From: an uncultured Acidobacteriota bacterium
GTDB lineage: Bacteria > Acidobacteriota > Vicinamibacteria > Vicinamibacterales > UBA2999
Direction: 5' to 3'
DNA: 64,000 nt
NCBI GenBank assembly: GCA_902826515.1
Contig: CADEFD010000004.1
Span: 8,329-72,328, forward strand
Shown: piece after piece, positions 55,541-64,000 of the stretch
How the letters are laid out: the number at the start of each line of letters is the position of its first letter
Numbering within the stretch: the stretch's first letter is position 1
The notes under the pieces: model-generated
Database searches by the model: none
The model's input: the letters and a program-made list of their open reading frames with translations, nothing else
Told to the model about the DNA's origin: nothing
Position numbers and translations under genes: made by a program

Positions 55541-57106
55541 GTGCGCACCACGCTCGTGCTTCCGATCGTTCTCGCCGCCACGCTCGTTGCCGGTCCCGCG
55601 CTCGACGCGCAGGCGCCGCCGCCCTTCCAGGTGGTAGAGGCCTCCATCGCCGAGATCCACGCCGCCTTTCGCGATGGCCGGCTGACCTGCCGCGGCCTCG
55701 TCGAGCGTTATCAGCGGCGCATCGACCTCTACGACAAGAACGGCCCGGCCGTGAACGCGATCGTCACGCTCAACCCGCGGGCGCTGGCGGACGCGGAAGC
55801 ACTCGACGCCCGCTTCAAGGCGAGCGGTCCGGTGGGTCCGCTGCACTGCATCCCCATGATCGTGAAGGACAACTTCGAGACGGTGGGCCTGCAGAGTTCG
55901 AACGGCTCGCTGACCTTCGAGGGGTACGTGCCGGCGACCGACGCCTTCCAGGTGGCGCGCATCAAGGCGGCCGGCGCGATCGTGCTGGCGAAGTCGAACC
56001 TGGCGGAATGGGCCTTCACGCCGAACGAAACGCTCAGCTCCATCCTGCCCGGGTACACGAAGAATCCCTACATGCTCGACCGCGTCACCGCGGGCAGCAG
56101 CGGCGGTACGGCGGCGGCCGTGGCCGCAAGCTTCGGCGCGGTGGGCCTCGGCAGCGACACCGGCAACTCGATCCGCGGGCCGTCGTCGCATCTGGCCCTC
56201 GTCGGCATCCGCTCCACGATGGGGCTCACGAGCCGCGCCGGCGTCTTCCCGCTCAGCCTGCTGGCCGACATCGCCGGCCCGATGGGGCGCACGGTGGCGG
56301 ACGTCACCGCCGTGTTCCAGGCGGTCGCGGGCGAAGATCCGAACGACGCCGTCACCGCTGCCGCGCGCGGCCGCCAGATCCCGAACTACGCCCAGGCGCT
56401 CAGGCGCGACGCGCTGCGCGGCATGCGCATCGGCATCCTGCGCCAGGCCTACGAACGCGACTCCACGGATCCCGAGATCGTGCAGGTGTTCATGCGCGCG
56501 GTGGACGACCTCAAGCTCGCCGGCGCCACCATCGTCGATCCCGCGACAATCGAGGGGCTCGACGCGATCCGCCGGCAGCCGATGATGGCCTCCTGCCAGG
56601 GTTTCAAGTACGACCTCAATCAGTTTCTCGCCGCCCGCAAGGGCCGCGTGCCGGTGAACGATCTGGCGGAAGTCGTGAAGGGCGGCAAGTTCCATCCCAC
56701 CGTGCGGCGTCAGCTCGAACAGACCGAGCAGGGGCCGGCGAACGGTCCAGGCACGCCCGAGTGTGCGGCGGAAGCGGCGTATCGCGATCAGGTGCGCGCG
56801 GCGGTGCTGAAGACGATGGACGCGCACAAACTCGATGCCTTCGTCTATCCCACGTGGAGCAACCCGCCGCGTCTCATCGGCGACCTCAACACGCCAGGCG
56901 GCGACAACAGCCAGTTCTTCTCGCCGACCACCGGCTGGCCCGCCGTGCAGGTGCCGATGGGCTACACGCGTGGTGGACTGCTGCCCGCCGGCATCACGTT
57001 CTTCGGACGCGCGTGGAGCGAAGCGACGCTGCTCGGCGCCGCGTATGCGTACGAGCAGGCGACGACGCATCGACGGCCGCCGCCCACGACGCCGCCGGTG
57101 CGGTAA
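55541..57106 (+). CDS. Amidase (amidase-signature family), secreted
   Basis: 521 aa, GTG start, signal peptide. MIVKDN (Lys), GSSGGTAAAVAASFG and GSDTGNSIRGPSS signature. Confidence 0.92.
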   Translation: MRTTLVLPIVLAATLVAGPALDAQAPPPFQVVEASIAEIHAAFRDGRLTCRGLVERYQRRIDLYDKNGPAVNAIVTLNPRALADAEALDARFKASGPVGPLHCIPMIVKDNFETVGLQSSNGSLTFEGYVPATDAFQVARIKAAGAIVLAKSNLAEWAFTPNETLSSILPGYTKNPYMLDRVTAGSSGGTAAAVAASFGAVGLGSDTGNSIRGPSSHLALVGIRSTMGLTSRAGVFPLSLLADIAGPMGRTVADVTAVFQAVAGEDPNDAVTAAARGRQIPNYAQALRRDALRGMRIGILRQAYERDSTDPEIVQVFMRAVDDLKLAGATIVDPATIEGLDAIRRQPMMASCQGFKYDLNQFLAARKGRVPVNDLAEVVKGGKFHPTVRRQLEQTEQGPANGPGTPECAAEAAYRDQVRAAVLKTMDAHKLDAFVYPTWSNPPRLIGDLNTPGGDNSQFFSPTTGWPAVQVPMGYTRGGLLPAGITFFGRAWSEATLLGAAYAYEQATTHRRPPPTTPPVR

Positions 57107-57127
57107 GCGTGACTCACGCCACACCGG

Positions 57128-57149
57128 GTGACGGGGCGCGTCCTGTCAC
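57128..57149 (+). terminator. Candidate hairpin after the amidase gene
   Basis: GTGACGGG-GCGCGT-CCTGTCAC (8 bp including one G-U pair), 22 nt after the stop. Confidence 0.3.
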
Positions 57150-57206
57150 GCTCGCAGTTGTGCTGCCGTTCTTCGGCCACGCCGCGGCACGATTCGCGGC
57201 GCACGA

Positions 57207-58169
57207 TCAGGCCGTCGCCGCGCGCCGGAGTTCTCTGACGCCAACGTGGCGCCGCCGCAACAGCGTGCGCAGTGTCACCCCGTCGGCGTAGCCCACCGCG
57301 GCCGCCACGTCGTCGACACTCGCCGCCGTTGTACGCAGCAGGTGCACGGCGCGTTCAACCCGCAGATCCTGCACATAGGTGAGTGGTGACCGTCCCAGCA
57401 CGTGATCCACACGGCGCGCCAGCGTGCGAGTGCTGGTGCCCACTGCCGCGGCGGCCTCCTGGAGTGAGAACCTGTCGGCCAGGTGCGCGCGTGCCCACCG
57501 CTCGAAACGCTCCACGATGGGGTCGGCGTGGACCAGATGATCGGCCAGCGCGAAGGTCGACTGCGACGGCCGCGGGTCCAGCACGAGGTAGCGCCCGGTC
57601 AGCGCGGCGAGGTCCGGACTGATCGCGCGGATCAGCCACAGCGCCAGATCCATGTGGCTCAGTGCCGCGCCCGCGGTCACGACCCCGCCGGATGCCACGA
57701 CCATACGCGAGGCTTCCAGCGCCACCCTGGGGTAGCGCTCGCGGAAGAGCGGCGCCAGCCACCACGTGGTGGTCGCGGCCCTGCCGTCGAGTGCGCCCGA
57801 CTCGGCGAGCACGAATGTGCCGATGCACGCGGCACACAGCCGGGCGCCGGCCGCGCCGGTTTCGGCGATGAAGGCGGCCGCGTCGGCGACGTCGCGGCGC
57901 GCCAGGGCAGCGACCAGCGGGCCGGGCATCTTGTAGCCGATCGCCGGCACGACGAGCACGTCGGGCCGCCTGCCCGCGACGGCAGCCACCGGCACCGTGA
58001 AGCCCTGGGCCGATCGCACCCGCCGGCGGACGCCCACCACGCGCACGTCGAAGCGCGGCACGTCGAGGTTACCCGCCGCTGCGAGTTCGTTGGCCGTCTG
58101 GAAGGTATCGAGTAATGCGGCAAGGCCGAGATCGAAGACGCCGTCGAGCGCGAGCACCTGAAGCTGCAT
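57207..58169 (-). CDS. GlxA-type transcriptional regulator (DJ-1/PfpI domain plus AraC HTH)
   Basis: 320 aa from ATG 58169 (MQLQVLALDGVFDLGLAALLD...). LCAACIGTFVLAESG nucleophile-elbow-like site and a C-terminal AraC HTH. The ORF-track 5' extension is rejected. Confidence 0.88.
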   Translation of the reverse strand: MQLQVLALDGVFDLGLAALLDTFQTANELAAAGNLDVPRFDVRVVGVRRRVRSAQGFTVPVAAVAGRRPDVLVVPAIGYKMPGPLVAALARRDVADAAAFIAETGAAGARLCAACIGTFVLAESGALDGRAATTTWWLAPLFRERYPRVALEASRMVVASGGVVTAGAALSHMDLALWLIRAISPDLAALTGRYLVLDPRPSQSTFALADHLVHADPIVERFERWARAHLADRFSLQEAAAAVGTSTRTLARRVDHVLGRSPLTYVQDLRVERAVHLLRTTAASVDDVAAAVGYADGVTLRTLLRRRHVGVRELRRAATA

Positions 58170-58239
58170 GGCGAAAACGATATCAAAGATGGCAATCCAG
58201 CCACTCGTTGCCCGGCGAGGTTCCCCGTAGTCTCTGAGG

Positions 58240-58257
58240 CATCGCCGGTCGGCGATG
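58240..58257. promoter_or_regulatory. Perfect palindrome CATCGCCG-GT-CGGCGATG in the divergent promoter region
   Basis: Read directly from the sequence. It sits 15 nt upstream of ATG 58272, next to GAGAGGAG. Confidence 0.35.
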
Positions 58258-58271
58258 AGAGGAGCCTCCCG

Positions 58272-58574
58272 ATGCTGACACGCAGTCTGTTCGTTCGCCT
58301 TGACGCCCGTCCCGGTCGCGAAGATGAGGTCGCGGCCTTCCTGGCCCGCGGCCTCGCACTCGCCCGCGAAGAAGCGGCGACGCCCGTGTGGTTCGCCCTG
58401 CGTCTCGGGCCTTCGACCTTCGGCGTCTTCGATGCCTTCCACGACGAGGCCGGACGCCAGGGGCACCTGCAGGGGCCGATCGCCGCGGCGCTCATGGCGA
58501 ACGCGCCGGAGTTGCTGGCCTCGCCGCCCTCGATCGAGCCCATGGACGTACTCGGCTCGAAGGTCGAGCCGTGA
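58272..58574 (+). CDS. ABM-domain (putative quinol/antibiotic-biosynthesis monooxygenase-like) protein
   Basis: 100 aa. Dimeric alpha+beta barrel-type pattern (FVRLDARPGREDEVAAFL...WFALRLGPSTFGVFDAF). GAGAGGAG as Shine-Dalgarno. Confidence 0.7.
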   Translation: MLTRSLFVRLDARPGREDEVAAFLARGLALAREEAATPVWFALRLGPSTFGVFDAFHDEAGRQGHLQGPIAAALMANAPELLASPPSIEPMDVLGSKVEP

Positions 58575-59518
58575 GGCCGGCGGCGCTCGCCTCGATGCTC
58601 GACGGCATCGGCGATACCGCGGTCGTGCCGTTGCGGGTCGTCGTGCCGCCTGGCGCTGCCCGGGTGCTCGTGAAGGTCGAGAGCACCAATCCCACCGGCA
58701 GCCTCAAGGACCGGATGGCGCTGGCGATGATCGAAGCCGCGCGCGCCGACGGCCGTCTCGGGCCGGGCGGCGCCGTGGTCGAATACACCGGCGGCAGCAC
58801 CGGCGTCTCGCTGGCGTTCGTGTGCGCGGCCCTCGGGCATCCGCTGCACATCGTCTCGTCGGACGCGTTCGCGCGCGAGAAGCTCGATCACATGCGCCTG
58901 CTCGGCGCGCGCCTCGAGGTCGTGCCGAGCGACGACGGGCGGATGACCGCCGCGCTCACGCACGCCATGGTCGACGCCGCGAGGGCCATCGCCGCCCGCA
59001 CCGGCGCCTTCTGGACGGACCAGTTGCGGAACGTCGACCAGACGCGCGGCTACCGGCGGCTTGCCGACGAGCTCATCGCGCAGACCGGCGGCCGGCTCGA
59101 CGCCTTCGTCCAGAGCGTCGGCACGTCCGGCTCGCTGCGGGGCGTGGCCGAAGGGCTGCGGGCGGCCGGCTGTGCCGCGCGCATCATCGCGGTGGAGCCG
59201 GCCGAGTCGTCCGTGTTGTCTGGCGGCTCTCCCGGCGCTCACAAGATCGACGGCGTGGGCGCGGGGTTCGTCGTGCCCCTCTGGGACGCCGCGCTGGTCG
59301 CCGGCATCGAGCGCGTCTCCACCAGCGAGGCGCGCGCCATGGCGTTCCGCCTCGCCCGCGAAGAGGCGGTCTTCGCCGGCACTTCCACGGGCGCCAACGT
59401 CGTCGCCGCGCTGCGAGTCGCGACGGCGCTCGGCCCGGGGGCCACCGTCGCCACCGTCATGTGTGATACCGGGATGAAGTATCTGCAGGCGTACCGTGCC
59501 GCGCTCGATGGCGGGTGA
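58571..59518 (+). CDS. Cysteine synthase/cystathionine beta-synthase-like PLP enzyme (fold type II)
   Basis: GTG 58571 overlaps the stop of the ABM gene (GTGA). VESTNPTGSLKDRMALAMI (PLP Lys). GTSGSLRG phosphate loop. Confidence 0.88.
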   Translation: MRPAALASMLDGIGDTAVVPLRVVVPPGAARVLVKVESTNPTGSLKDRMALAMIEAARADGRLGPGGAVVEYTGGSTGVSLAFVCAALGHPLHIVSSDAFAREKLDHMRLLGARLEVVPSDDGRMTAALTHAMVDAARAIAARTGAFWTDQLRNVDQTRGYRRLADELIAQTGGRLDAFVQSVGTSGSLRGVAEGLRAAGCAARIIAVEPAESSVLSGGSPGAHKIDGVGAGFVVPLWDAALVAGIERVSTSEARAMAFRLAREEAVFAGTSTGANVVAALRVATALGPGATVATVMCDTGMKYLQAYRAALDGG

Positions 59519-59562
59519 GCGTTCGCGCGCGGGTGGGCGGCAGGCACTGCGGCGTCGCGTCG

Positions 59563-61092
59563 CTACGCCCGCGCCTGCCGCGTTTCTCGGAGGGTCCGCC
59601 CGCGCCGCGCCACGATGTCAGGCAGCGCCTCGACGTCAGCCAGCTGGGTGCGGAAGTTCACGATGCAGGCGCGCAGCACGTAGCGGCCGTCGATCACGGC
59701 GTTCGACACGAACACTTCACCTTCGCGCTGCAGCCGGTCGAGCAGCGCGCGGTTCAGCGCATCGAGCTCGCGTTCGACCTCCTCGGTGCCGATGCCGCCG
59801 CGCAGGTCGGCCGGCACGTAGCGGAACGTGGTGATGCTGAGCGCCTGGCTCGTGAGCTCGAGGTCGGGGTGCCGTTGCACCGCGTCCGCCATCGCGCGCG
59901 ACAGCCGGATGTCGTCGCTGATCATCCGGCGATACCCGGCGGCGCCGGCCTGGCGAAGCGCCAGCCATACCTTCAGGGCGCGGAACCCGCGCGAGTTCTG
60001 CGGCCCGTGGTCGACGTAGTTCGTGGCGTGCTCGTCGAAGTGGTAATAGGGCGGGTGATACGCGAATGCCGCGCGCAGCCGTTCGGGGTCGCGCACCAGC
60101 GCGCAGCCCGCTTCGAGCGGCGCGTACAGCCATTTGTGCGGATCCACCGCCACCGAATCCGCCAGGTGCAGCACGTGCAGCTCCGCGGGGGCCTCGTCGA
60201 CCGCAGCCGCGAATCCGCCGTAAGCGCCGTCGACGTGGAACCACACGCCGCGCTCGCGGCAGACTGCGGCAATGGCCGGCAGCGGGTCGACGGCACCGGT
60301 GCTCACCGAGCCGGCCGTGCCGACGACGCAGCACGGCCGGTCGCCGGCGTCGAGGTCGCCATCGAGCTGCGCGCGCAGCGCGTCCACGTTCATCCGCTGC
60401 CGCGCGTCGGTGTCGATCCACCGAATCGCGTCGGTGCCCAGGCCGGTGATGTCGGCGGCCTTCTGCAGCCATGTGTGGGTCTCCCGCGAGGCGTAGACCC
60501 GCAGCCGCCGGCTGCCGGCGCCGGCCACGCCCGTCGCGCGCACGTCCCAGTCGGCCGCGGCGGCGCGCGCCGCCAGGAAGCCGACGATGTTCGCCATGTT
60601 GCCGCCGCTCACGAGCAGGCCGCCCGTGGTGGCCGGCACGCCGATGAGCTCGGCAATCCAGCGCACGGTCTGCGCCTCGATCTCGGTGGCTGCGGGCGCG
60701 AGCGTCCAGGCGCCGACGTTGGGATTGACGGCGGCGACGAGGAAGTCGGCGAGCATGCCGATCGGCGCCGGCGAGGCCGTGATGTAGCCGAAAAAGCGCG
60801 GATGTCCGTTCAGGAGGGAATGCTGGAACAGCAGGTCGGCCATACGTTCGAGCAGCGCGCTCGGATGCACACCCTCATTGGGCAGCGGTCCGTTCAGGCC
60901 GAGCGCCTCGCGCACGGCAGAGGGCGACTCGTCGCGCGTCACCGGTCCCTGCGGCACGGCGTCGAGCAGCCGCGCCACCTGGTCCACGAGCTGGTGGCCC
61001 AGCACGCGGAAGGTGTCGGTGTCGATTGCCAGGGGGGCGTACCGGCCCGGACCGGCAGCGGAGGTCGACGAAGCTCGAGCCACGTTGTTCAT
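59563..61092 (-). CDS. Group II pyridoxal-dependent decarboxylase (aromatic amino acid/DABA decarboxylase-like)
   Basis: 509 aa. GGNMANIVG, HVDGAYGG, SVAVDPHKWLYAP (PLP Lys). Confidence 0.92.
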   Translation of the reverse strand: MNNVARASSTSAAGPGRYAPLAIDTDTFRVLGHQLVDQVARLLDAVPQGPVTRDESPSAVREALGLNGPLPNEGVHPSALLERMADLLFQHSLLNGHPRFFGYITASPAPIGMLADFLVAAVNPNVGAWTLAPAATEIEAQTVRWIAELIGVPATTGGLLVSGGNMANIVGFLAARAAAADWDVRATGVAGAGSRRLRVYASRETHTWLQKAADITGLGTDAIRWIDTDARQRMNVDALRAQLDGDLDAGDRPCCVVGTAGSVSTGAVDPLPAIAAVCRERGVWFHVDGAYGGFAAAVDEAPAELHVLHLADSVAVDPHKWLYAPLEAGCALVRDPERLRAAFAYHPPYYHFDEHATNYVDHGPQNSRGFRALKVWLALRQAGAAGYRRMISDDIRLSRAMADAVQRHPDLELTSQALSITTFRYVPADLRGGIGTEEVERELDALNRALLDRLQREGEVFVSNAVIDGRYVLRACIVNFRTQLADVEALPDIVARRGRTLRETRQARA

Positions 61093-61925
61093 CAGAGGAT
61101 TCCTGCGAAGAGATCGGTCTCACGAGCCCGGCCCCCGTTCACGGTGCTGAAGGCGCGGTAGTACGACTGCCACCCCCAGAGAGCTTCGTGGTGCCCGGGG
61201 CCCAGGGTGCGCAGCGTGTCGTACGCCTCCACTTGCGATGCGTGGCACGACACGGCCTGCCACACCGTGGGCCAGCAGTCCCGCGTGTCGATCACGGTGG
61301 TGAGCGCCCAGTCGGGCCACGGCGTCGCCTGCCGCTCGCGCCCGTCCACGCTCGAGACGAGGCGTCGGAACGCCGCCTGGAACGCCGCCCAGGCCGATTC
61401 CGGCCAGGCGATGTAATACAGCTTCGACACCGTGTGTGCCGGGCCGCCAGCCTCGTCGCCGGCGCGTGTCGGCGCCGCCGCGGCCACGATCGCAGCCGTC
61501 GTGAACTGCGAGATGGCCACATGGTCGGGGTGACCGTAGGCGCCTTCCGGGCCGAACGTCAGTACCACGTCGGGCCGCAGCCGCCGCACCTGGCGCGCGA
61601 TGGCGGCAATGACCTCCGCGGGCTCGGCGCAATCGAGCCGCTGGTCTTCGTAGTCGAGCAGCGACAGGTGCCGCACCCCCAGCACCCCGGCCGCCGCCCG
61701 CAGTTCGCCCTCGCGAATGGCGGCCAGCGCCGTCGCGCCAGGGTGTGCCGCATGTCCCGGCGGATGGCCGCGGTAGCGGCCGGCCTGGCGGCGCGTGGCG
61801 GTCACGAGCGACACCTCGACCCCCGCGGCGGCGTACTTTGCGAGCGTGCCGCCGCAGCCCAGCGACTCGTCGTCGGGGTGCGCCAGCACGGCCATCAGGC
61901 GTGGAGTATCCATGGCCTCTACCAC
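61092..61925 (-). CDS. PIG-L/LmbE family deacetylase
   Basis: 277 aa. LMAVLAHPDDESLGCGGTLA and HPDHVA motifs. The stop overlaps the decarboxylase start by 1 nt (TGATG). Confidence 0.88.
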   Translation of the reverse strand: MVEAMDTPRLMAVLAHPDDESLGCGGTLAKYAAAGVEVSLVTATRRQAGRYRGHPPGHAAHPGATALAAIREGELRAAAGVLGVRHLSLLDYEDQRLDCAEPAEVIAAIARQVRRLRPDVVLTFGPEGAYGHPDHVAISQFTTAAIVAAAAPTRAGDEAGGPAHTVSKLYYIAWPESAWAAFQAAFRRLVSSVDGRERQATPWPDWALTTVIDTRDCWPTVWQAVSCHASQVEAYDTLRTLGPGHHEALWGWQSYYRAFSTVNGGRARETDLFAGIL

Positions 61926-61936
61926 TTAGATCGGCA

Positions 61937-62704
61937 TCAGGCCGGACGCGCCGCCACCACCCGCACCAGGCCCGCGGGGCCGGCCTCGCGGCTCACGGCC
62001 AGGCCGCGGCTCGCCAGCGCGGCGCACACCCAGGCCGGGTCGAGCCGCAGTTTCGGATACTGGCTGGCACGCAGCGCCCACCCCGCGCCGGTGCGCTCGT
62101 GCACGAGGTCGTGAACGATGACGGTCGTGTCGCGATACTCGAGCACGCAGGTGAGCATGCGGTCGTCGTCCTGGCGCACCGGGATCACGCGCTGCACGCC
62201 GAGTGGCATCGGGGCGCTGTAGTCACGGAAGGTCGCAACGAAGACGCCGGAGGGCGCGAGCACGCCGGCCACTTCGTCCACCAGCGATTCCACCTCCGGC
62301 AGTGACGCCAGATGGGTGAGCGTGTCGCCCATGCACAGCACGACGTCCTGCGGCCCGCCGCAGTGACGCCGCACCTGCACGAGATCGTCCCGGACGGCGG
62401 CAACGGCGCGGCTCCCGGCGTGATCGCGTAGCACGTCGATCAACCCGGCGCAACTGTCAATCGCGGTGACGACGAAGCCGGCGTCGGCCAGCGCCACGGC
62501 GTGGGCGCCGATGCCGGCGCCGAGATCCACGGCCCGGCGGCCGGCGCCTGACCCGATTCCCGCCGCCGCCAGATCGGCGCGCGCCGCCGCGACGGCCGTC
62601 TCGAAGCCGCCGACCATCCACAGGTAGATGGGGCCGAGGTGGGCGTCGTAGTGCGCGCGCACCGCCGTCGCGCCATCGTCACATTCGGGCACCGTTGAGG
62701 TCAT
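61937..62704 (-). CDS. Class I SAM-dependent methyltransferase
   Basis: 255 aa. Motif I AVDLGAGIGAHAVALADAG. Confidence 0.85.
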   Translation of the reverse strand: MTSTVPECDDGATAVRAHYDAHLGPIYLWMVGGFETAVAAARADLAAAGIGSGAGRRAVDLGAGIGAHAVALADAGFVVTAIDSCAGLIDVLRDHAGSRAVAAVRDDLVQVRRHCGGPQDVVLCMGDTLTHLASLPEVESLVDEVAGVLAPSGVFVATFRDYSAPMPLGVQRVIPVRQDDDRMLTCVLEYRDTTVIVHDLVHERTGAGWALRASQYPKLRLDPAWVCAALASRGLAVSREAGPAGLVRVVAARPA

Positions 62705-63537
62705 CGCGTGATCACCGCCTCCAGATATTCAGCCGGCACGACGAGCGCCGTCGCGCTGCGGTTGGCGGCGCGCAGCAGCGCCAGCAGGTCAGCCTCGAGC
62801 GCCGCCTGCCCGGCGGGCGGCAGCGCGGCGAACGCCTTGTGGGTGGGCCCGTAGTAGTCGCGGAACACCGCGACGAAGTGCTCGGGCGACTTGTAGCGGA
62901 AGGCGAACTGGCGCGTCATCACCTCGACGTTCGCGGCCCCGGCGAACAGGCGCGTCAGGTGCGCGCCGGTGCCCCACAGGAGCGGCGAGGCCACGCCGGG
63001 CATCGGCGGCACGTGCTTCGCCGTGGTACGGAACATCTCGCCGATGAAGCCCGCCGGCGTCCAGTTCGCCACGCCGATGCGGCCTCCGGGCCGGCACACG
63101 CGCAGCAGCTCGCGCGCCGACTGCTCGTGGTCGGGCGCGAACATGACGCCAAAGGTGGAGAGCACCTTGTCGAAGCTGCCGGCGCTGAACGGCAGGGCTT
63201 CGGCATCGGCCTCCTGAAAGGTGACGTCGAGGCGTTCGGCTTCGGCGCGCGCCCGGCCGCGGTCGAGCAGTGCAGGCACGTAGTCGGTGGAGGTTACGGT
63301 GGCGAAGCGCCGGGCCGCCGCCAGCGTGGCATTGCCGTTGCCCGCCGCGACGTCGAGCACGCGCTCGCCGGCGCACACGTCCACGGCTTCGGCCAGCATC
63401 TCGCCGACGATCTGCAGCGTGGTGCCGATGACGGCGAAATCTCCCGACGCCCACATCGCCTGCTGCCGTGTCTTCACCGACGGCAGCGCCGGGGCACTCG
63501 ACGTCGCCGCGGAGTCACACCTTACGGTCGTAGTCAT
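62701..63537 (-). CDS. Class I SAM-dependent methyltransferase (Methyltransf_11-like)
   Basis: 278 aa from ATG 63537. VLDVAAGNGNATLAAA motif I, FDKVLSTFGVMF, LRVCRPGGRIGV. ATGA overlap with the downstream methyltransferase. Confidence 0.85.
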   Translation of the reverse strand: MTTTVRCDSAATSSAPALPSVKTRQQAMWASGDFAVIGTTLQIVGEMLAEAVDVCAGERVLDVAAGNGNATLAAARRFATVTSTDYVPALLDRGRARAEAERLDVTFQEADAEALPFSAGSFDKVLSTFGVMFAPDHEQSARELLRVCRPGGRIGVANWTPAGFIGEMFRTTAKHVPPMPGVASPLLWGTGAHLTRLFAGAANVEVMTRQFAFRYKSPEHFVAVFRDYYGPTHKAFAALPPAGQAALEADLLALLRAANRSATALVVPAEYLEAVITR

Positions 63538-63783
63538 ACACGCTCCTCTGTCACCGATGGTTCGCGATTGTGCCGATGCCGCGCGGATGCCTGGTGGATC
63601 TACACTGGTCCGCGCCGGGTGCCGGCGCGCCCAGACGCGCGGCCTGCAATTCACGATACGGATGGACAGGCGACGGCGCCATGCGCGAGCGTCCGGATCC
63701 CGTGGCACGTCGTCCGGGAATGCCGCGAAACCGCCCGCGCGTCCGCCCTGCATGCCCGGTCGTCCGGCGGCTGAGGTAGCGGC

Positions 63784-64000
63784 ATGAAGACGGATGTCCT
63801 CTCGGACGTGCTGCGCGCGGTGCGACTGACCGGCGCGGTCTACTTCGATTTCGAACTGAGCGCCCCATGGGTCGCCGAAGCGCCGCCGTCGCACGAGATT
63901 GCCGACCGCGTCATGCCCGGGGCGCAGCGCGTCATCGAGTACCACGTCGTCGCGCGTGGCAGCTGCTGGGGACACGCCGTCGGCGCCGACCCGATTCGTC
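63784..64000 (+). CDS. AraC family transcriptional regulator, N-terminal cupin_6-like part only (runs off the window end)
   Basis: ATG 63784 preceded by GAGG. MKTDVLSDVLRAVRLTGAVYFDFELSAPWVAEAPP is the typical N-terminus of cupin_6-type AraC regulators. Confidence 0.6.
   Translation, partial: MKTDVLSDVLRAVRLTGAVYFDFELSAPWVAEAPPSHEIADRVMPGAQRVIEYHVVARGSCWGHAVGADPIR

Noticed and set aside
55166-57124. 652-aa minus-strand ORF antisense to the amidase gene; similar cases at 59515..61161, 12153..14138, 43768..45252 and 35419..36444
   Set aside because: All are Arg/His/Gly-rich antisense frames opposite genes with clear catalytic motifs.
1-64000. Search for rRNA, tRNA, CRISPR arrays and insertion sequences
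   Set aside because: All intergenic gaps are under 250 nt. None shows tRNA-like T-arm motifs, regularly spaced direct repeats or terminal inverted repeats with a transposase. Nothing was called.

Overview
Visibly GC-rich, densely packed chromosomal segment with strong GC3 bias. I call 61 protein-coding genes, partial at both window edges. I found no rRNA, tRNA, CRISPR array, transposase or integrase. Gene content is consistent with a soil Acidobacteriota- or Gemmatimonadota-like bacterium (DUF1800/DUF1501 pair, planctomycete-type cytochrome c domain, many secreted hydrolases with BNR, Fn3 and Ig-like modules). That placement is inference only. Most of the window is accessory metabolism and envelope functions: an ABC exporter pair, MFS transporters, an M13 peptidase, two sensor kinase systems, an 11-gene co-directional hydrolase/Dps array, two back-to-back VapBC toxin-antitoxin pairs, and several small-molecule enzymes. 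The best candidate for something undescribed is the two-gene secreted module at 22859-25064. It pairs an unknown signal-peptide protein with a protein that fuses a CxxCH c-type heme domain to a domain carrying every copper ligand of the PHM/DBH (copper type II ascorbate-dependent monooxygenase) fold, in order. This suggests a heme-fed bacterial bicopper hydroxylase. Other notable items: (1) a roughly 95-aa domain present both as the C-terminus of a BNR-repeat protein and as a stand-alone secreted gene next door; (2) two paralogous CDDC-motif outer-membrane barrels bracketing an SxxK hydrolase with three Fn3 repeats; (3) a methyltransferase-methyltransferase-PIG-L deacetylase-PLP decarboxylase operon; (4) a sugar dehydrogenase-cupin fusion; (5) a repeated CTATCGGGGTC(T/A)GACCCC palindrome; (6) a recurrent -10-like hexamer 6-7 nt upstream of start codons, which suggests leaderless mRNAs. 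All product calls rest on motifs read by eye from the supplied translations. No database search was run.
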